The notes under the pieces: model-generated
Told to the model about the DNA's origin: nothing
Database searches by the model: none
Seen by the model: only the letters and a program-made list of their open reading frames with translations
IMG/VR virus record: IMGVR_UViG_3300027586_000034
Coordinates: 1-28,887 of that record
From: a virus
Taxonomy: Duplodnaviria; Caudoviricetes
Strand: one strand, 5' to 3'
Length of the DNA: 28,887 bases
In this document: positions 25,701 through 28,887 of the stretch, piece by piece
Numbering within the stretch: position 1 is the first letter of the stretch
Layout of the letters: every line of letters begins with the position of its first letter
Position numbers and translations under genes: made by a program

Positions 25701-25969
25701 CCAAGATGTGTAGAACTAAACTTGTCAAAGTCAGCTTTGCTAACATGGGACGCACTTATTGGCCCAGTTTCGTCTGGAATAGCTGCCATAGAAGACATAA
25801 TTTCTTTGTCTTTTGCAGCAAGTAATTTTATGAGATCGCTATAGGGAAGTCCTGTTTGGCTACGGGGAGTAAGGTGAAAAGGCTTTGCTGCCTCTGAGTC
25901 TTCCGAAGAAGCGGCAGCGGTAAGCCCTGCCAGCACAGCAGCAATTGGCGCTTTTTTAGGCTTAGCCAT
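22745..25969 (-). CDS. polyvalent virion protein (1074 aa): ADP-ribosyltransferase-like (ART-PolyVal-type) domain, GNIDL domain, helical C-terminal region
   Basis: ASHVSKADFDKFSSTHLGSGQGHATFGQGHYFAT...Y; NTYDVEL; DAGYPGAGYFDQQSR; TKNYVMF...IRIL match, from recall, the HGS...FDKF...G.G...G.G.YF / G..G..Y.D..SR / NYVVF pattern. Followed by GNIDL..RP..N.DG..STV.S...EVLLP...TGKHLGKF...A..YA..LH. Confidence 0.75.
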   Translation of the reverse strand: MAKPKKAPIAAVLAGLTAAASSEDSEAAKPFHLTPRSQTGLPYSDLIKLLAAKDKEIMSSMAAIPDETGPISASHVSKADFDKFSSTHLGSGQGHATFGQGHYFATLPEVKDSYIEEFTDGNLQFHGKAVRGPGDMPGLRRFSTGDSKIVDTTRQDGRGKNDWHDDIFDQIIYFEKHDPSTPEGQANKQAEIQNLYQKFLGYNTPEDAMEYANRYFVRRYEQATQVAQWAKAGDLQWKSTIPNTYDVELDAPRDKFWQLDTKLEANPDIFEAVKRAFEKAKVPFESSRGTGLDATNDFNHGTGGQDKKTRLMLSRGVFDAGYPGAGYFDQQSRRQYIDVAKANNPKQKKDKNGFNRSTPVHLDPEQMSATEKLLGLTKNYVMFPGSEKLIRILKKAPSEYTSDDYKIIALAAATLGAGLSTQDAEAAAQAQDSPMPEGQIERGNIDLFRPSIPNPDGGESTVYSASFNFGGEEVLLPLADKGRILRPEEAIEEYQRTGKHLGKFSTPEAATAYAEQLHNDYQSNKYASPYSAAPQQGPLPAPADSLYMDYLGSLLQGPEDQKALGYFGKDPEAMNKFHEEAKPPEYDQFLAAAQPALTELSQKFLDKYDEDGNLANTLTQNYTDIYNNILGQPYDKSNKAAKEWVDTFIGLMQSHNPGGDNAEIPFRDPEEVDHGIGGYLNGKFSLDKAGVLRSQMLDERKLNLLKTFQEGANAPLGSGTIDKVLADVGSVFANDNDETVDLAAFRQGGRPSDKVKEAMYWWDKSDRLNDPNTTTSRNILEAFTPGQSWTTFPGMAAQSTATNTLTGAGRNLTYETLANLRNVGGQESQLPEFRTATQALNQQAPPIPEHLRPDATKALPMLRQMEQESFVDPAVEWVRLQKLLGMQNPSYPSLFTTSQAGGWRENIDIPTLLTAGITGGLSLLGKSGARSALWSAAKNMGRNVIEDFGQEAGFNAAVGQTYQPEGDSMYDYFTKEGPGLTDDEGKPVAANSPQWDKWDQERTKQYDTRFATIADLGSQLGKPQPAAQPVVPLQPQTPYDKEYDEWRKSMAKPQPMTQSQQGQKYMDYLSNMRR

Positions 25970-25971
25970 TC

Positions 25972-28212
25972 TTAGTACCCTGCTGGTTGTGCTGGTTCTT
26001 GATTCAATGATCCTGCCATCGTCGCGGCTGCGCCAAGACCAAGCGCACGAATACCGTTCTTTCTAAGAAGTTCTCGCGCTGCGTCGGACACAGTAAAGAC
26101 ATTGTGACTACCGGCATATCTTCCGGGCGCAGGGCCGTAAGACATTTCGTGCTGGGGAACCCCTTCTTTTGACAAATCGTTCATAAACGCACGGATTAGT
26201 CTTGGAGGTTCTGTATTGCCTATTGTTCCATACTCGTTATTGCCTGCGGGTACTGGAATGCCCTCGGCAGTGTGTACAGAATCTCCGGTAGGAATAAGTG
26301 CTTTTCTGTCTGACCCAAGAAGGTTTCTTAAAAAATCAAGTCGTGGAACTCGTTGCACATCATCATCAATGTTAAAAGCCATAGATGGAATTAGGTCTTT
26401 TGGCTTTGCTTTAGCAAGGTTTCCTCTACGGGTATTTTGAGATGGCCCCTGCATATTATGTAATTCTAAATAACCTGTATCTCCCTGTATTTCTGGATCT
26501 GGTGCTATATCGGTAGTTCTGTAATGCGGATTATCATGCGGGTCGGTTTCGTCAAGCCATGTATTGGTTTTAACAAGTTTTGGAGCTTGCGCGAGCGTGT
26601 GATGTGCGCTGTGTGGCATGGTATATGGAAACAGTGGATTCCACTTTGAGCCTACATCTGAATCTTTTTCCCAACCCAAACCGGCTCTATAAGGCTGTTC
26701 CCCAACTCGAAAGCCACTTTTTGCGTATCCATCGTAAACAGCGGATAAAAGACTATGGTCAGATGTTTGCCCTAACAACCTCAACAAAACATCTTTGTCC
26801 ATTGCTGCTGGGCCAAGTTTTCCTTGTTCAGCTAGCTGCTCAACGGGAACATCGTCATAAGGCACTCTTGGCTTTGAGCTAAACAAATACTCTTTATAGT
26901 TTGTTCCCACAGGTGTCATGGAAATGTTGTCGCCCAAAATCAACTTTAACTTAGCCAACTCCTGATCCATGCTTGGCGTACTAACCCCTTGGTTATAAGC
27001 AAAATGTTGTTGCAATTCAGCAAGCCTTTGTTTGCCATGACCACTGTTTTCTAATATTGTTTCAAGTTCTGGATCTTCGGGGGTTCCGCTAGTCTTTCTA
27101 TAAGTACCATCTGGTTGCTGTATATTTGTAAAGAAGGCATCCGACAAAGCTTGATCATTTGCCACAGAAGCGTTTATTTGGCGCATTTCATCAAATGTAT
27201 AGTCTTGCCACCGCGCCTGTTTTCTAGCTGTTTGAGGAGATCCAAGATCGCTAGTTGGATCTTTTTTTATAGGTGCTTGCAGTGCATCTTCCCACGCCCC
27301 CATAGGCTTAGCGTATGGATCGTTGATTCCCTGACTACGCCTAATGTCACGAATTTCTTCTTCCGTCATTAAGCTGCCGTCTGCATGACGAGATGGTTTT
27401 GGTGTGTTTTGGCGAATAAACTCTGGGCTTCCCGGTTCAAAATCGTCGTTGTTTAGGCCATTGTAAATAAAGTCATTAACCGTTGGATCTGGATGTTCTG
27501 GGTATTTGAAATCGGGATCGTTGTAATATTCGTCGTGAAACAATTCTCGCCAAGCTTGTATTTGCTCATCCATCTCTGGGCTTGGTGTGTAATTCTTGTT
27601 TTTTTTGTCGAATCTTTCCATCCAAGGCTCATCGGATTGGCCAGAAGCCCTTTGCTTATCAATATAGCCTTGTTGCCATTTTTTATAATCGCTATCGTTA
27701 TCAACATCGTTATCAATATCGTCAATTGTTTCGTTTAGTCTTTCTTGTCGCCTTTCGTCCCAATCGTCCCACAGTTCTTGTTCGGTTACAGGCTCACCGG
27801 TTATAGTCATTGACTCTTCTGAATATTTTGGCTGATCAACACTTGTTACTTTATTAGCTCTAGCACGGGGATCTGGCCTTTGCACCCTACTTCTAATTGT
27901 TTTTTTAGCGTTGTAATCAACAGCAAATTGCAAAAGTTCGTCTCTGGGAATCGGCATATTTTCCCCATACTTCTCTTTCCACTCTGCTATTTTTTCATCA
28001 AATCCAGCAAGCTGATACTCAAGACGCTTGGGAGCTAGCCCTGTTGAATTGATGTCTCGGTACACGCTATTAGGCGTAGATACCTTGCCCTGTTCGTACA
28101 GGGTTCTGATTGCGTTTTCAAATAACGAGTAGGTAGGAACTCCTTGCGCCCTAGCCGCGCTGTCCTTAACCTTTGGGACTTTGGGCAACTTTCCTCTGTT
28201 TGGCTTAGACAC
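25972..28212 (-). CDS. polyvalent-protein-like virion protein (746 aa)
   Basis: GTG start; leader MSKPNRGKLP. YSLFENAI, GTNYKEYLF, NPHYRTTD, YLELHNMQ and ALIPTG resemble a degenerate form of the FYS.LE.A / G.NYRE.L / H.R..DR / L.IEEIQSD domain seen in large phage proteins. C-terminal ALGLGAAATMAG. Confidence 0.6.
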   Translation of the reverse strand: MSKPNRGKLPKVPKVKDSAARAQGVPTYSLFENAIRTLYEQGKVSTPNSVYRDINSTGLAPKRLEYQLAGFDEKIAEWKEKYGENMPIPRDELLQFAVDYNAKKTIRSRVQRPDPRARANKVTSVDQPKYSEESMTITGEPVTEQELWDDWDERRQERLNETIDDIDNDVDNDSDYKKWQQGYIDKQRASGQSDEPWMERFDKKNKNYTPSPEMDEQIQAWRELFHDEYYNDPDFKYPEHPDPTVNDFIYNGLNNDDFEPGSPEFIRQNTPKPSRHADGSLMTEEEIRDIRRSQGINDPYAKPMGAWEDALQAPIKKDPTSDLGSPQTARKQARWQDYTFDEMRQINASVANDQALSDAFFTNIQQPDGTYRKTSGTPEDPELETILENSGHGKQRLAELQQHFAYNQGVSTPSMDQELAKLKLILGDNISMTPVGTNYKEYLFSSKPRVPYDDVPVEQLAEQGKLGPAAMDKDVLLRLLGQTSDHSLLSAVYDGYAKSGFRVGEQPYRAGLGWEKDSDVGSKWNPLFPYTMPHSAHHTLAQAPKLVKTNTWLDETDPHDNPHYRTTDIAPDPEIQGDTGYLELHNMQGPSQNTRRGNLAKAKPKDLIPSMAFNIDDDVQRVPRLDFLRNLLGSDRKALIPTGDSVHTAEGIPVPAGNNEYGTIGNTEPPRLIRAFMNDLSKEGVPQHEMSYGPAPGRYAGSHNVFTVSDAARELLRKNGIRALGLGAAATMAGSLNQEPAQPAGY

Positions 28213-28213
28213 G

Positions 28214-28591
28214 CTAATTCTCCTCTTTGTCTAGATAATACTTACTACGCCAGCCACACAGGGCTTCTTTGTTCTCGGGGCTAAAGTGCCACCAAGCCAA
28301 AATTATCCACATTACTTGCCAGAGTATCCATATGGTAATTAGAGCAAAACCATAGGTTTCCCCATACGCCATTGCCATGTGCCGCTTAACGCTTTTGTTC
28401 AAAGCCCTCATGCACAGGACTTCTTCAGTGTCCCCAGACCGACAAGACATCAATACGTCCTGCGGCCACTCAATGATAATCACATCGACCAAATCATTAA
28501 TCTTTTCTTGCCCAGCTAAATGCCTACGCATAGGCGGCAGCCTAGACCAGACATACTCCTTGAGTCCACCTATTGAGATGATTTGCGACAT
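28214..28591 (-). CDS. small membrane protein (125 aa)
   Basis: One hydrophobic Trp-rich segment FALITIWILWQVMWIILAWW; packed flush against both neighbours. Confidence 0.7.
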   Translation of the reverse strand: MSQIISIGGLKEYVWSRLPPMRRHLAGQEKINDLVDVIIIEWPQDVLMSCRSGDTEEVLCMRALNKSVKRHMAMAYGETYGFALITIWILWQVMWIILAWWHFSPENKEALCGWRSKYYLDKEEN

Positions 28592-28690
28592 TTATTTCTT
28601 GCAAGAACCCTCGACCATAGTTTCGTAGGCACTATTCAGCTTGTCCTTTATAGACGTAGCCTTTTTAATTTTCAGCTTCTTTTTAGCCAT
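28592..28690 (-). CDS. 32-aa Lys-rich peptide
   Basis: Manual translation MAKKKLKIKKATSIKDKLNSAYETMVEGSCKK*; GAAAGG SD-like sequence upstream; TAA directly abuts the next ATG; below the ORF-track size cutoff. Confidence 0.6.
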   Translation of the reverse strand: MAKKKLKIKKATSIKDKLNSAYETMVEGSCKK

Positions 28691-28702
28691 AAATAACCTT
28701 TC

Positions 28703-28887
28703 TTAGCAGTTCCATTTCTTTAGAGACAAAGCTTTACGAGTCGGTTTACCCTTTTCATCCTTCATGGCTCCCGGCATCCCACCCATTCTAGCACAGAAAG
28801 ATTTGCGCCTTTTGGCTGCTTTAGAACCTTTCTTTAACTTTGACGGTGGTGTAGTAACCGCAGTCTTCAATTTGCTACCGGGGTTAG
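28703..28887 (-). CDS. DUF6321-like small basic phage protein (3' part, start outside window)
   Basis: Manual translation ...NPGSKLKTAVTTPPSKLKKGSKAAKRRKSFCARMGGMPGAMKDEKGKPTRKALSLKKWNC*. The RKSFCARM...W.C motif is characteristic of this family (from recall). Confidence 0.7.
   Translation of the reverse strand, partial: NPGSKLKTAVTTPPSKLKKGSKAAKRRKSFCARMGGMPGAMKDEKGKPTRKALSLKKWNC

Noticed and set aside
27690-27726. ATCGTTATCAA direct repeats
   Set aside because: Simply encode the IDDIDNDVDNDSD acidic patch; no spacer structure.
1-28887. Stop-codon reassignment, tRNAs, integrase/att sites, inteins or introns
   Set aside because: The standard code gives near-complete coding density with TAA, TAG and TGA all used as stops. 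No tRNA-like, integrase, intein or intron signature was recognised by eye.

Overview
A 28.9-kb fragment of a tailed dsDNA phage or prophage (Caudoviricetes), covering its virion morphogenesis region. About 26 genes are tightly packed, all on the minus strand. In transcription order (high to low coordinates): DUF6321-like partial gene, 32-aa basic peptide, small membrane protein, two large polyvalent-type proteins (746 aa; 1074 aa with an ADP-ribosyltransferase-like domain), scaffold, major capsid, probable decoration protein, terminator hairpin, probable TerS, TerL, 113-aa protein, portal, 183-aa protein, enlarged head-tail adaptor, 2056-aa nozzle/tail-tubular-B-like protein, a cluster of low-complexity probable ejection/internal proteins, two small paralogues, and the start of a tail-fibre-like gene. 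No tape-measure, sheath or tail-tube gene is evident, so a short-tailed (podovirus-like) particle is inferred. The most interesting signal is a set of probable virion-packaged cargo proteins. They share a basic N-terminal leader (M-x-[KV]-P-x-R-x-K-[LT]-P), a RIPE[DE] motif encoded by an exact 14-bp repeat, and Gly/Ala-rich hydrophobic segments that bracket effector-like domains. Together these suggest a modular packaging/processing/delivery system. All family assignments come from motif recognition by eye; no database search was run.
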